Source of the DNA: Glaciihabitans sp.
GTDB lineage: Bacteria; Actinomycetota; Actinomycetes; Actinomycetales; Microbacteriaceae
Reading direction: 5' to 3'
Assembly (NCBI GenBank): GCA_025463465.1
Contig: JAODAO010000274.1
Coordinates: forward strand, 4,097-68,096
DNA: 64,000 nucleotides
The translations under genes and the position numbers were made by a program. Shown piece by piece: positions 23,401 to 35,998 of the stretch. The notes under the pieces were generated by a model, which searched no databases, was not told the origin of the DNA, and saw only the letters and a list, made by a program, of their open reading frames with translations. Positions within the stretch are counted from its first letter, which is position 1. Each line of letters starts with the position of its first letter.

Positions 23401-24065
23401 GCACCCAGATCACCGTTGGCCTCGTCGACGACCAGGCCCTGTTCCGCGCCGGAATCCGGATGCTGGTCTCGTCCCAACCCGACCTGAAATTCGTGGGGGA
23501 AGCCAGTAACGGTGCCGAGGGAATCACCATGGCCGCCACCGCGAGACCGGACGTGATCCTGATGGACATCCGGATGCCGGTGATGGACGGTATTGATTCG
23601 ACCAGGGCGATCCTCGCGGCCGCTGACAGCCGCGGCGAAGCGCCGCCGCGGATCATCGTGCTGACGACCTTCGACCTGGACGAAGCCGCCACCCGAGCCA
23701 TCCGCGGCGGGGCGAGTGGCTTCCTGCTGAAAGACACCGACCCGGAGTTCCTCCTCGCCGCGATACGCACCGTGCATTCCGGCACGGCCGTCATCGCCGC
23801 CTCGGCAACACGGGAACTTTTTGAACACTTTGACTCCGGGGTAGCCGCTGTCGAAGTGCCGGCCTCATTTTCCACGCTGACGTCGCGCGAGCGGGATATT
23901 TTCCTGTTGGCATCCCGCGGACTCAGCAACGCGGAGATCGCCGCCGCCGAGTTCCTCAGCGAGGCGACCGTGAAAACGCACATCAGTCGCATCCTCGCCA
24001 AGCTCGGCCTCCGGGACAGGGTCCAGCTGGTGGTGTTCGCGTTCGAAAACCACCTGGTGGAGTGA
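23397..24065 (+). CDS. NarL/LuxR family response regulator
   Basis: LVDDQ, LMDIRMP, LTTFD, FLLKD; LTSRE...SEATVKTH HTH. Confidence 0.95.
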   Translation: MSTQITVGLVDDQALFRAGIRMLVSSQPDLKFVGEASNGAEGITMAATARPDVILMDIRMPVMDGIDSTRAILAAADSRGEAPPRIIVLTTFDLDEAATRAIRGGASGFLLKDTDPEFLLAAIRTVHSGTAVIAASATRELFEHFDSGVAAVEVPASFSTLTSRERDIFLLASRGLSNAEIAAAEFLSEATVKTHISRILAKLGLRDRVQLVVFAFENHLVE

Positions 24066-24081
24066 TCAGGTCGCCCCGGAG

Positions 24082-24121
24082 TCATCCTGAGGGCTGACCC
24101 GGTCCATCCCTGCGCCGGATG
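24082..24121 (+). promoter_or_regulatory. Putative response-regulator binding inverted repeats upstream of ABC exporter
   Basis: TCATCC-TGAG-GGCTGA then CATCC-N7-GGATG; -10-like TAGGTT at 24142-24147. A similar 16-mer lies at 22134-22149. Confidence 0.5.
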
Positions 24122-24154
24122 TGGCGTTCTCCGGGCCTTTCTAGGTTGAGAGTT

Positions 24155-24916
24155 ATGGAAACCTCAACCACCGGCCAGGCCTTCGTCGCCCGGGTAGCCG
24201 GCGTCACAAAATCGTACGGAACGGGAACAGCGAAGGTGTCGGCACTGTCCGAGGTGTCGCTTGGCCTGCACCGCGGACAGTTCACCGCGATCATGGGTCC
24301 AAGCGGCTCCGGCAAGTCAACGCTGATGCACATCATGGCCGGGCTGGACAGCCCAACAACCGGGCAGGTCTGGCTGGGGGACAGCGAAATAAGTGGCCTC
24401 GGGGACACGGAACTGACCCTGCTTCGGCGTCGCCGGATCGGGTTCGTCTTCCAATCCTTCAACCTTGTGCCCACGCTGACCATCGAGGGAAACATCCACC
24501 TTCCCTTCGAGCTCGACGGACGACGCCCGACAGCCGCAGAAGAAGCGTGGATCTCGGAACTGGTCAACGCCCTCGGCCTGGATGCCCGGCTCACCCACCG
24601 CCCGCATGAACTGTCCGGAGGCCAGCAGCAGCGGGTCGCCATCGCCCGCGCCCTCGGTACCCGGCCCGACCTGATCTTCGCCGATGAGCCGACCGGCAAC
24701 CTCGATTCACGAACCGGCCGGCAGGCGCTGGCGCTGCTGGCCTCGGCGAGCGCCCAGTACGGACAGAGTATTGCGATGGTCACCCATGACCCGGTTGCCG
24801 CGAGCTACGCCGACCGCATCGTGTTCCTGGCCGACGGGGCCGTCGTAGAGGAACGCGGCCGGTCAACACCCGAGGAGATCAGCAGCTTTATGCTCGCCAT
24901 GGAGCGCGCAGCGTGA
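24155..24916 (+). CDS. ABC exporter ATP-binding protein (LolD/MacB type)
   Basis: GPSGSGKST, FVFQSFNL, LSGGQQQRV, FADEPTGNLD, VTHD. Confidence 0.95.
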   Translation: METSTTGQAFVARVAGVTKSYGTGTAKVSALSEVSLGLHRGQFTAIMGPSGSGKSTLMHIMAGLDSPTTGQVWLGDSEISGLGDTELTLLRRRRIGFVFQSFNLVPTLTIEGNIHLPFELDGRRPTAAEEAWISELVNALGLDARLTHRPHELSGGQQQRVAIARALGTRPDLIFADEPTGNLDSRTGRQALALLASASAQYGQSIAMVTHDPVAASYADRIVFLADGAVVEERGRSTPEEISSFMLAMERAA

Positions 24917-26313
24917 GGGCAGCGGCTCTTCGGGAACATGCCCCGAGTATCCTCGTCGCCTCTCTCAGCGCCGCGTTCGGCGCTACCCTGCTGCAGGTCA
25001 GCCAGGCTGTCAACGTGATGATCGGCGGGGACGAGATCGCCGAGGCGAGTTCGTCGGCTGGACTGATGCTGGCCCTCGTCGCCGGGGTGTTCATCGTCAT
25101 CGCGATCTACGTGGGTGCCGTTGTCACCACCAACACGTTCGCCACCATCATCGCCGGGCGGACGAGGACCATCGCCCTGATGCGGCTGATTGGTTCAAGC
25201 GCGATCTCCCAGCGTCGTGCTGTCGCACGGGAGGGGCTGCTGATCGGAGTCATCGGCGCGATCACGGGGGTGTTGGCCGGCACAGCCCTGACCTGGCTCC
25301 TGGTCACCGTGCTCATCGCAACCGACACCGTTCCCTCCTTCGATTACAACTACCTGCAGCCGGTTGTGCTGCTGCCCGCCGTCGCCGTATTGCTGACCAC
25401 TTGGATAGCCTCATGGGTTGGTTCGCGCCGTGTCCTCACCGTGTCGCCCATCCAGGCAACGGGAGCGGCCCAGGAACGAAGCAGCGAGCAGGTGCGTGCG
25501 CGCACCGGCCGCAACATTGTGGCGATCGTGCTGTTCAGCCTCGGCATCATCATCATGTTGCTCGGGGTTTTTGTCGGCCTGGGAAGCCCATTTGGGGTAC
25601 TCATCGCAATGGGCGGTGGGGTTATGTCGTTCACCGGGCTTGTTCTCGGGGCGCACCTGGCCATCCCGCCGGTACTGCGGCTCGTCGGTCGGCTGTTCGG
25701 TGCCCGCCCGGCCGCGCGGCTGGCATCGGAGAACGCCGTCCGTTACCCGGAACGCAGCGCCAGAAACCTGATCGGACTGGTCATCGGCATCACCCTCGTC
25801 ACGATGTTCTCGGTCGCAATCGGCAGCTTCCAGTCGCTGATGCGGGGCATCGCTGACACCGACCCTGCAGTTTATGACGCCATCGACGAGACGCTGACGA
25901 TCACCGTAATCGTGTTCTCCGCGCTGACCGGGTTCAGCGCGCTGATCGCGGCAGTTGGCATGGTCAACAACCTGTCGCTGAGCGTCCTCCAGCGCACCCG
26001 TGAGCTCGGCCTGCTGCGCGCCCTCGGGTTCACGGCGGCCCAGGTGCGCCGGATGATCCTCGTGGAGAGTGTGCAGCTCACCGCAGCCGCCGTGGTGATC
26101 GGCCTGTTGTTGGGAACCTTCTACGGCTGGGCCGGTGCACAATCGCTGTTCGGATCCATAAGCGGTGGGGCCGGCCTGATCATGCCAACCGTTCCGCTGT
26201 CACTGGTGGCAACGGTGCTGGGGGCCGCGACCATCCTGGCCCTCGGTGCATCGGTTGTGCCGGCACGCCGCGCTACCGCCGTGTCACCGGTTACCGCCCT
26301 CGCCGACCAGTAG
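24913..26313 (+). CDS. ABC exporter permease (FtsX-like, two halves)
   Basis: NTFATIIAGRTRTIALMRLIG and LSVLQRTRELGLLRALG repeats. Confidence 0.92.
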   Translation: MRAAALREHAPSILVASLSAAFGATLLQVSQAVNVMIGGDEIAEASSSAGLMLALVAGVFIVIAIYVGAVVTTNTFATIIAGRTRTIALMRLIGSSAISQRRAVAREGLLIGVIGAITGVLAGTALTWLLVTVLIATDTVPSFDYNYLQPVVLLPAVAVLLTTWIASWVGSRRVLTVSPIQATGAAQERSSEQVRARTGRNIVAIVLFSLGIIIMLLGVFVGLGSPFGVLIAMGGGVMSFTGLVLGAHLAIPPVLRLVGRLFGARPAARLASENAVRYPERSARNLIGLVIGITLVTMFSVAIGSFQSLMRGIADTDPAVYDAIDETLTITVIVFSALTGFSALIAAVGMVNNLSLSVLQRTRELGLLRALGFTAAQVRRMILVESVQLTAAAVVIGLLLGTFYGWAGAQSLFGSISGGAGLIMPTVPLSLVATVLGAATILALGASVVPARRATAVSPVTALADQ

Positions 26314-26386
26314 CCGGCGGGGCGGTGCAGGGGATTGGCGGGCCGGTGTTCTCGTCAACGCCGCGGGATGGTGATAACCTCGGGGG

Positions 26387-28262
<1,876 letters not shown>

Positions 28263-28328
28263 GCAGCATCGCGGGGCGCTCGCCCCGCAGCTTCCCTACC
28301 GGCTGCCGCTGGCGGGCCGCCGCAGTGA

Positions 28329-29354
28329 CTACTCCGGGCGGTCTCGCCGGCGTAGTCGGCGCGGTATCCACGGCCGTGTCGGCGGCGACTTCTTCGCGCT
28401 GCGGATGACCGGCAGGTGGATGCTCGTCGTGGGGGTTTGCTCCGTGTCCGGCGAGCTCGTTCGCTGCACCCGCAGCGCGGTCGTGTCAAGGAACGAACCG
28501 TCGACGCTGATCCGTGGGATCCGGCCGGTACTGGTGTCGCGGGCGGCTGCACTTTCCCGGGGTAGTCGGATTGCGCCCGTCGACCGCGATGGCGTTGCGT
28601 CGCGGATGATCCGAATGGATGTGGTGTCCCGGGATACCTGGCTCTCCCGCGTCATTTGGCTCTCGCGGGCCGCGCGCGGTCCACGCGGCATCCGCCGCAT
28701 CCGGGGGAGCCGGGGGATGCTTTCGATCCGTCGTTGCTCGGGAAGCTGCCAGTTGAACAGGATGGCGAGTACCCGAACCCCGAACGTCACCGTGACGCAT
28801 ACGATGGCGGCGATGAACAGGGGCGCACCGAGCGACAGCGAGATGACCAGGGTGGTGGAGCCGAGCAGGGCCGCTACGGCGTAGAGCGACCCGACGTGCA
28901 TCAGCGCGATCGGCAGGTTCAGCAGGATGTCCCGCAGGATCGACCCACCGACGGCGGACAACACTCCCACAAAAATGCTGGGCACGGCCGGGAGTCCCAA
29001 CGCGAGGGCCTTGGTGGTTCCAATGGCCCCGAAGAGGCCGATAGTCAACGCGTCGAGGACCGTGATGACCCCGTTGAGTTTGGAAAACACCCGCTCGAGC
29101 AGCATGCCGATCAGCGCGGCAGCGACACCGGTTGGCAGGTACCAGTTGCTTTCCAGGGTGGCGGGCACCAGCACCAGGAGTACGTCGCGGATCAGACCAC
29201 CGCCGAAGCCGGAGGCGATTCCGACAACTGCCACGCCGAGCAGGTCGATGCGCCGGTCACGGAACTGGGCGGCGAATAGGGCGCCCTGCAGAGCCCCGAC
29301 GCCCACGGCCAGGAGGTCGGCCCACAGGGGGATCACAAGTGTCACGGGGGTCAC
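28329..29354 (-). CDS. Trimeric intracellular cation channel (TRIC/UPF0126) family protein with long cytoplasmic tail
   Basis: Repeated [12 protein letters not shown] / [28 protein letters not shown]; about 134-aa hydrophilic tail. Start approximate (29369 alternative). Confidence 0.88.
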   Translation of the reverse strand: MTPVTLVIPLWADLLAVGVGALQGALFAAQFRDRRIDLLGVAVVGIASGFGGGLIRDVLLVLVPATLESNWYLPTGVAAALIGMLLERVFSKLNGVITVLDALTIGLFGAIGTTKALALGLPAVPSIFVGVLSAVGGSILRDILLNLPIALMHVGSLYAVAALLGSTTLVISLSLGAPLFIAAIVCVTVTFGVRVLAILFNWQLPEQRRIESIPRLPRMRRMPRGPRAARESQMTRESQVSRDTTSIRIIRDATPSRSTGAIRLPRESAAARDTSTGRIPRISVDGSFLDTTALRVQRTSSPDTEQTPTTSIHLPVIRSAKKSPPTRPWIPRRLRRRDRPE

Positions 29355-29459
29355 CCCTGTTTGTACCACGCGTGCCGCGGTGCCCGCAGGACGGTGCCCC
29401 TCGCTCGGCCGGTTCCGTTTGTTGCGATTGGCTTACACCCGCCCGGCGGCTTCGGCCAT

Positions 29460-29481
29460 TGTCGCCCGGTCAGGGGATACT
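29460..29481 (+). promoter_or_regulatory. PafBC/RecA-NDp-like promoter of recO
   Basis: TGTCGC-N10-GATACT, then 6 nt to the GTG. Confidence 0.55.
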
Positions 29482-29487
29482 GGTCAC

Positions 29488-30267
29488 GTGCCCCTTTATC
29501 GTGACGAAGCCGTAGTGCTGCGTACCCACAAGTTGGGAGAGGCAGACCGCATCGTCACCATGCTCAGCCGCGAACACGGCAAGATCCGGGCCGTCGCCAA
29601 GGGCGTTCGCCGCACCGCCTCGAAGTTCGGCGCCCGGCTTGAACCCTTTATGGTCGCCGATGTGCAACTGTTCGAGGGCCGCAGCCTCGACATCATCACG
29701 CAGGCAGAAACCCTCGGTGCGTACGGCGCCGAGATCGCCTCCGACTACTCCAGCTACACCGCAGCCACCGCCATGGTCGAAACGGCCGACAAGGTCACCG
29801 ATGACGACGGCAGCCTGCAGCAGTACCTTCTCCTGGTCGGCGCGCTGCGTTCCCTCGCGCGGCGCGAGCATGCCCCCAGCCTGACGCTCGACTCCTACCT
29901 CCTGCGCTGCCTGTCCATCGCCGGCTGGGCCCCGAGCTTCGTTGATTGCGCCGTGACGGGCGAACCCGGCCCGCATTCGGCGTTTGTGGTGCAAATGGGC
30001 GGAGTGGTCGCCGACTCGGTTGCACCGCCCGGTGCACCGCGGCTGGATGTCTCCACCATCAACCTGCTGTCGTCTCTGCTCGCCGGGGACTGGGCGTTCG
30101 CAGACACAACGGCGGAGCGCACCAGGAACCAGGCCAGCGGCGTGGTTGCCGCATATACCCAGTTCCACCTCGAGCGCGGGCTGCGCTCCCTGCAACACGT
30201 CGATCGCACACCGGACACCCGCGCCTCTCTCGCGACCGGTCCCACCACGGCCGGAGCCACACCATGA
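29488..30267 (+). CDS. recO: DNA repair protein RecO
   Basis: [35 protein letters not shown]; recO-uppS synteny. Confidence 0.96.
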   Translation: MPLYRDEAVVLRTHKLGEADRIVTMLSREHGKIRAVAKGVRRTASKFGARLEPFMVADVQLFEGRSLDIITQAETLGAYGAEIASDYSSYTAATAMVETADKVTDDDGSLQQYLLLVGALRSLARREHAPSLTLDSYLLRCLSIAGWAPSFVDCAVTGEPGPHSAFVVQMGGVVADSVAPPGAPRLDVSTINLLSSLLAGDWAFADTTAERTRNQASGVVAAYTQFHLERGLRSLQHVDRTPDTRASLATGPTTAGATP

Positions 30268-31067
30268 CCCCCGTTGCCAAGACCCATCGTGATGCGGTCG
30301 ATTTCAAAGCCGTCGACTGGACGGGAATCTACCCACCGGACATCCCCCGCAAGGCGGTCCCGTCGCACGTCGCCATTGTGATGGACGGCAACGGCCGCTG
30401 GGCGAACGGCAAGGGCCTCACCCGCATCGAGGGGCACAAGGCGGGCGAGGCTTCCCTGCTCGACGTTGTCGCCGGGGCCATCCAGGTCGGAGTCACCCAC
30501 CTCAGCGTGTATGCCTTCTCGACGGAGAACTGGCGACGCTCGCCCGACGAGGTTCGTTTTCTGATGGGGTTCAACCGGGATGTGCTGCACCGGCGCCGGG
30601 ACCAGCTCAACGACTGGGGAGTCCGGGTGCGCTGGGCTGGCCGCAAACCGAGGCTGTGGGGATCCGTCATCAAGGAGCTGCAATACGCCGAGCAGCTGAC
30701 GGCCAACAACTCGGTGCTCACGCTGACGATGTGTGTCAACTACGGTGGCCGCAACGAGATCACCGACGCGGTGCGTTCCCTCGCCGAGGAAGTGGCAGCG
30801 GGACGCCTCAAACCATCGGGCATCACCGAGAAGACGATCCAGCGCGCCCTGTACATTCCGGACATGCCCGATGTTGACCTCTTTGTGCGAAGCTCCGGCG
30901 AGCAGCGCACAAGCAACTTCCTGCTGTGGCAGAGTGCTTACGCCGAGATGGTTTTCCTCGACACGCTGTGGCCCGATTTCTCCCGCGAACAGCTGTGGGA
31001 AGCGGTGTCACTGTACGCTTCGAGGAATCGTCGATTTGGTGGTGCGATCGACGCGCCGACTACATAG
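30264..31067 (+). CDS. uppS: Isoprenyl (cis-prenyl) transferase
   Basis: [41 protein letters not shown]. Confidence 0.95.
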   Translation: MTPVAKTHRDAVDFKAVDWTGIYPPDIPRKAVPSHVAIVMDGNGRWANGKGLTRIEGHKAGEASLLDVVAGAIQVGVTHLSVYAFSTENWRRSPDEVRFLMGFNRDVLHRRRDQLNDWGVRVRWAGRKPRLWGSVIKELQYAEQLTANNSVLTLTMCVNYGGRNEITDAVRSLAEEVAAGRLKPSGITEKTIQRALYIPDMPDVDLFVRSSGEQRTSNFLLWQSAYAEMVFLDTLWPDFSREQLWEAVSLYASRNRRFGGAIDAPTT

Positions 31068-31078
31068 GGAAATGCAAC

Positions 31079-31906
31079 ATGAATCGTAAAGTCGGACTTA
31101 TCACCTTCGTTGTTTTCCTGCTGTTCATCGCAGCCGGTGCCGGGGCGGTGCTCGCCCTTGGCACGTCCACCGGTGTTGTGCTGGGCGGGAAGGTCTCAAC
31201 CACCGCCGTCGCGGCGGCCGCGACGCCGTACCAGCTGCAGGCAGGCTGGATTCGCAACAACTCCCCGTGGGAAGTCACCATCGAGGCAATCGACATCGAT
31301 GCCACCGGCACGGCTGAGGCCCCCGTGATTTACCTGAGCGACACCAACGACGCCGCCGAACCCGCCGAGGGCGAAGCCCCGAGCTGGACAGCGGCCCCCG
31401 CCGTCTTCCCGTACACGATGGCCGGCGGCTCGATCGCGTTCCTCGGTTTCAGTATCGCTCCTGTTGCGAACGAGATCGCCTCATTCGACACCATTGACGT
31501 CACGTTCCAGGGGCCGTTGCCGCTGGACTTCGATACCAGCTACAACGAGGTCGCCATCGGCATCAGCGGCTCCGACCTGCCGGCAGAGCTGCTGGCCCCT
31601 GACCCCGGAGAAGACGGAGCCTCCGTCGACAACTACGTGGCTGTCCTGCGGGCCGCCCTCGCCAGCGGCGACCTGGCGCAGCTGCAGCGTGCAATGGGCA
31701 GCGGCACCACCGAGGAGCAGGCCACGGCGCTGCGCGACTCCCAGGCGGGGTTCACCGCCGAGATGCCCGTCACCTCGGCCGTTGTCACCAAAGACTCGCG
31801 CTCCTGGACCCTGAGCTTCTACAGCACCGATCCCGCGGTGGACGGCCTGCCTCAGCTGGCGCTCAAGTGGGCCAACTTCCGCTGGAGCGCCGCCCTCACC
31901 GGCTGA
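31079..31906 (+). CDS. Hypothetical membrane-anchored/secreted acidic protein
   Basis: MNRK plus hydrophobic helix, then an Asp/Glu/Ala/Thr-rich domain; typical GC3-rich codon usage. Confidence 0.75.
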   Translation: MNRKVGLITFVVFLLFIAAGAGAVLALGTSTGVVLGGKVSTTAVAAAATPYQLQAGWIRNNSPWEVTIEAIDIDATGTAEAPVIYLSDTNDAAEPAEGEAPSWTAAPAVFPYTMAGGSIAFLGFSIAPVANEIASFDTIDVTFQGPLPLDFDTSYNEVAIGISGSDLPAELLAPDPGEDGASVDNYVAVLRAALASGDLAQLQRAMGSGTTEEQATALRDSQAGFTAEMPVTSAVVTKDSRSWTLSFYSTDPAVDGLPQLALKWANFRWSAALTG

Positions 31907-31972
31907 TCGCCGAGACGGGTAGCCGTCGCACGGTGCAGACACGGGGCGATCCTCGCGCGAAAGCGCGTTGGG

Positions 31973-32521
31973 TCACCGAATCGCAGCGAGCCACCGGTCT
32001 GCTTGCTTCTGGTTGCGAAGCCGCACAACCTGAAGCTTGGGAGAACATTCTGCCAGTGCAGGAACCGACCTGCTGTAGGCACGTGCGCTACTCAACGCCC
32101 AAGCGATGACGTGGTCCTTGCCGGTGAACAGGTGCCACAGCGGCGGTTCCACGTTGCCCGCCCACAGCGGAGTCTTCGCCAGGCGTCTCCGCACGGTCCT
32201 GCGGACCAGGCGCCACATCGTCACCCGTACGGGGTAATCCAGCCAGAGCAGGGTGTCCGCCGCTGCTGCGAGGGCGTCCCTGGCGCTGCGGTACTGCCAT
32301 TCGGTGACCCAGCCGTCCTGGGCGACCATGGCCGCGATGTCGTCAAGGAATTCTGGCCGTGGGGTCCAGTTGGGTCCGTGGTAAAGCGCATCGATCTCCG
32401 TGTACGGGACACCGAGGCGCTCCGCCACGGAGAGCGCGAAGGTCGACTTTCCCGCACCGGTGACACCCGCCACGAGTACGCGCCGGGGTCGGGTGGGAAG
32501 CGGGTCGTCAGCGCCAAACAT
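31973..32521 (-). CDS. Adenylate-kinase-like P-loop protein (FlaR/topology-modulation family)
   Basis: RVLVAGVTGAGKST, EIDALYHGPNW, ADTLLWLDYP. Confidence 0.85.
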   Translation of the reverse strand: MFGADDPLPTRPRRVLVAGVTGAGKSTFALSVAERLGVPYTEIDALYHGPNWTPRPEFLDDIAAMVAQDGWVTEWQYRSARDALAAAADTLLWLDYPVRVTMWRLVRRTVRRRLAKTPLWAGNVEPPLWHLFTGKDHVIAWALSSARAYSRSVPALAECSPKLQVVRLRNQKQADRWLAAIR

Positions 32522-32605
32522 CCCCCCAGTGTACGAACGCCCACCCGGCTGAGAGGCTGCCAGATACTGGCGGGGAGGATACCCGTCTGGATCTACTGTG
32601 GAGGT

Positions 32606-33640
32606 ATGTCAACTTCTGCCCCGATCCGTACCGGACTGGTCGGCTTCGGCCTGGCCGGTCGCGTGTTCCACGAGCCCTTCCTGCGCGCCAATCCTGCTTT
32701 CGACCTTAGGGTGATCGCGACGTCTGACCCCGCCCGGGCAGCCGAGGCGAAGGGACGGGGCGACTACCAGGTTGTGCCAACACCGGAGGAGCTCCTTGCG
32801 ATGGACCTCGACCTGGTGGTGCTCGCCTCACCGGCGTCCGTGCACCTCGCCCAGGCGACCGCCGCCCTCGAAAACGGCGCTGCCGTTGTCGTCGACAAAC
32901 CATTTGTCCCGTCGGTGGCGGACGCGGAGAGCCTGATCGCCACGTCCGAGCGAGTGGGAAAACCCCTCATCGTGTTCCAGAACCGCCGCTGGGACGGCGA
33001 CTTTCTCACCGTCAAGGCGTTGCTCGACTCCGGCCGGCTTGGCAACGTTTTCCGTTTCGAGTCCACCTTCGAACGCTTCGCCGGTGCTGCCCAGGACCGG
33101 TGGCAAGACACGACCGGGCCGTCGACCGGTGCCGGAATCGTTTTCGACCTCGGCAGCCACCTTGTTGACCAGGCGCTCCAGCTGTTCGGCGAAGCGACCC
33201 TCGTCGACGCCGACCTGAAGACGCTCCGGCCGGGCGGGGCGAGTGAGGATGACGCGTCGCTGGTGCTCGCCCACAAAAGCGGTGTGACCAGCCACATCAC
33301 GGTAAGTCGGATGGCGGCGCAGGCCGGCCCGAGGTTCCGGGTGCTTGGCACCGAGAGCGCCTACACGGTGTACGGCCTGGACAACCAGGAGGACCAGTTG
33401 AAATCGGGTCTCGGTCCCCACGACGCCGGCTTTGCTGTCACGCCGGCGGAGGACTGGGGGCTCGTCGGTGGGGGAGACGGCCAGGAGCTGGTGCCCGAGC
33501 CGACCCTGCCGGGGGACTACGCCGGGTTCTACGCCGGGGTTGCTGCGACCATCAGGGATGGAGCGCGGAGCCCCGTTGATGTGCGCTCCTCCCTCGAGGC
33601 CCTGCGCATCCTGGAACAGGCACACCAGTTCCGCCGCTGA
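32606..33640 (+). CDS. Gfo/Idh/MocA oxidoreductase
   Basis: GFGLAGRVFH, VVDKPF, FQNRRWDGDF, DLGSHLVDQ. Confidence 0.93.
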   Translation: MSTSAPIRTGLVGFGLAGRVFHEPFLRANPAFDLRVIATSDPARAAEAKGRGDYQVVPTPEELLAMDLDLVVLASPASVHLAQATAALENGAAVVVDKPFVPSVADAESLIATSERVGKPLIVFQNRRWDGDFLTVKALLDSGRLGNVFRFESTFERFAGAAQDRWQDTTGPSTGAGIVFDLGSHLVDQALQLFGEATLVDADLKTLRPGGASEDDASLVLAHKSGVTSHITVSRMAAQAGPRFRVLGTESAYTVYGLDNQEDQLKSGLGPHDAGFAVTPAEDWGLVGGGDGQELVPEPTLPGDYAGFYAGVAATIRDGARSPVDVRSSLEALRILEQAHQFRR

Positions 33641-33814
33641 AGCAGCCATGCGCTGAAACAATCCCGACGCAGCCATCGCGCTGAGGCCGTGCCGCAGACT
33701 GCCGCCCCGGTGTCACCCCGGCAACCCCGGGGCGGTAGGGCCAACGGTCGCCGGTAGTCTGGGAGTTCGCATTCCACCGGGCATCCAGCTCGGCAGTCAA
33801 CACAGGAGTTATAC

Positions 33815-35200
33815 GTGGCAACCCCCAATCCCCTCGACGCCGTCATCGCCCTCGCCAAGAGGCGCGGATTCGTCTACCAAGCCGGCGAAATCTACGGGGG
33901 CTCACGCTCCGCCTGGGACTACGGCCCCCTCGGCACGGCGCTGAAAGAGAACATCAAGCGCCAGTGGTGGCAATTTATGGTCCAGGGTCGCGACGACATC
34001 GTCGGAATCGACTCCTCCGTCATCCTGCCCCGCAAGGTCTGGGAAGCGTCCGGCCACGTGGAGGTGTTCTCCGATCCTCTTGTCGAGTCACTGCACACCC
34101 ACAAGCGTTACCGTGCCGACCACCTGCTTGAGGCGTACGAGGAGAAGCACGGCCACCCGCCCGTAAACGGGCTCGCCGACATCCGCGACCCCGACACCGG
34201 CCAGGAGGGCAACTGGACAGAACCGCAGAACTTCTCCGGCCTGCTGAAAACGTTCCTCGGCCCGGTCGACAACGAAGAGGGAATGGCATACCTGCGCCCC
34301 GAAACCGCGCAGGGTATCTTCGTGAACTTCGCCAATGTTCTCGGCTCCGCCCGGATGAAGCCTCCCTTCGGCATCGCCCAGATCGGCAAAAGCTTCCGCA
34401 ACGAGATCACGCCGGGAAACTTCATCTTCCGCACCCGCGAGTTCGAGCAGATGGAGATGGAATTCTTCGTCGAGCCCGGCACGGACAAGGAATGGCACCA
34501 GTACTGGATCGATGCCTCCCACGACTGGTACACCGGCCTCGGTATCAACCCGGACAACATCCGCCTGTATGAGCACCCGGTAGAGAAGCTGTCCCACTAC
34601 TCGACCCGCACCGTCGACGTGGAATACCGTTTCCGCTTCGCCGGCAGCGAATGGGGCGAACTGATGGGTATCGCCAACCGCACCGACTTCGACCTGAAGA
34701 CGCACTCCGAGGCCTCGGGGACGGACCTGTCCTACTTCGACCAGACGAAAAACGAACGCTGGTTCCCCTTTGTCATCGAGCCGGCATTCGGACTCACCCG
34801 CGCCCTGATGGCGTTTTTGATCGACGCCTACACCGAGGACGAGGCGCCGAACACCAAGGGTGGTGTCGACAAGCGCACCGTGCTGAAGCTTGATCGCCGC
34901 CTCGCCCCGATCAAGGTCGCGGTGCTTCCCCTTTCCCGCAATGAGCGTCTGTCGCCGCTGGCCAAAACGGTTGCGGCTGATCTGCGCAAGTACTGGAACA
35001 TCGATTTCGACGACGCCGGCGCGATCGGCCGTCGTTACCGCCGCCAGGATGAGATCGGAACCCCGTTCTGCGTCACGATCGACTTCGACTCGCTCGACGA
35101 CAACGCCGTGACTATCCGCGAGCGGGACACCATGGCGCAGGAGCGGGTCTCCCTCGACCGCCTGACCGCGTACCTCGCCGAGCAGCTGATCGGCGCGTAA
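33815..35200 (+). CDS. glyQS: Glycine--tRNA ligase (alpha2 type)
   Basis: [54 protein letters not shown]. Confidence 0.97.
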   Translation: MATPNPLDAVIALAKRRGFVYQAGEIYGGSRSAWDYGPLGTALKENIKRQWWQFMVQGRDDIVGIDSSVILPRKVWEASGHVEVFSDPLVESLHTHKRYRADHLLEAYEEKHGHPPVNGLADIRDPDTGQEGNWTEPQNFSGLLKTFLGPVDNEEGMAYLRPETAQGIFVNFANVLGSARMKPPFGIAQIGKSFRNEITPGNFIFRTREFEQMEMEFFVEPGTDKEWHQYWIDASHDWYTGLGINPDNIRLYEHPVEKLSHYSTRTVDVEYRFRFAGSEWGELMGIANRTDFDLKTHSEASGTDLSYFDQTKNERWFPFVIEPAFGLTRALMAFLIDAYTEDEAPNTKGGVDKRTVLKLDRRLAPIKVAVLPLSRNERLSPLAKTVAADLRKYWNIDFDDAGAIGRRYRRQDEIGTPFCVTIDFDSLDDNAVTIRERDTMAQERVSLDRLTAYLAEQLIGA

Positions 35201-35344
35201 CAGCGCAGCAGCACCGTGCAGCGACAGCCGCGCCGCGACGCCCACCCGGGCGCCCGGCGCGGTTGTCTGCTTAACGCCGTCGGGATATCCGACGATCATC
35301 AGCTATCCGGGAATGCGCGGCGGGTATTCGAAGTTGCCCCCGGA

Positions 35345-35998
35345 GTGAGTGAACCAATCAAGGTAGACATCTGGTCCGACGTTCAGTGCCCGTGGTGCTA
35401 CATCGGAAAACGTAAATTTGAAGCCGGCGCGGCTGAGTTCGACGGCGACGTTGTGGTCGAGTACCACTCGTTCGAGCTGTCGCCGGACACCCCGGTCGAC
35501 TTCGACGGAACCCCCGTCGACTATCTGAGCCAGCGCAAGGGTATCCCCGTCGACCAGGTGCACGAGATGCTCGAGCGTGTCACGGGAATCGCCGCAGACG
35601 TTGGCCTCGACTACCACTTCGACGACGTGCACCAGACCAACACGGTCAAGGCGCACGAACTCCTCCACTACGCCAAATCCAAGGGCCGCCAGCTCGACAT
35701 GAAGGAACGCCTGCTCAAGGCATACTTCGTCGACGGACGCCACGTGGGACGCATTGCCGACCTGGCCGACCTGGCCGAAGAAATCGGCCTGGACCGCACC
35801 GAGGTCGTCTCCGTCCTCGAGGCGGACACGTTCCTCGCCGACGTCAAGGCCGACGTTGCCCAGGCCCAGCAGTACGGCATCCAGGGTGTTCCGTTTTTTG
35901 TCATCGACGGAAAGTACGGCATCTCCGGCGCCCAGGACGCGACGGCGTTCACCAACGTGCTTGAACAGGTGCGCAGCGAAAAGGAGGAAGTGCGTTGA
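35345..35998 (+). CDS. DsbA/FrnE family oxidoreductase
   Basis: DIWSDVQCPWCYIG, SFEL, GIQGVPFFV, SGAQ; no C-terminal CxxxxC tail in this ORF. Confidence 0.93.
   Translation: MSEPIKVDIWSDVQCPWCYIGKRKFEAGAAEFDGDVVVEYHSFELSPDTPVDFDGTPVDYLSQRKGIPVDQVHEMLERVTGIAADVGLDYHFDDVHQTNTVKAHELLHYAKSKGRQLDMKERLLKAYFVDGRHVGRIADLADLAEEIGLDRTEVVSVLEADTFLADVKADVAQAQQYGIQGVPFFVIDGKYGISGAQDATAFTNVLEQVRSEKEEVR

Noticed and set aside
33640-33815. T-box riboswitch upstream of glyQS (also checked leuS, 1090-1214)
   Set aside because: No T-box consensus (GGTGGTACCGCG-like) or specifier stem; leaders are too short.
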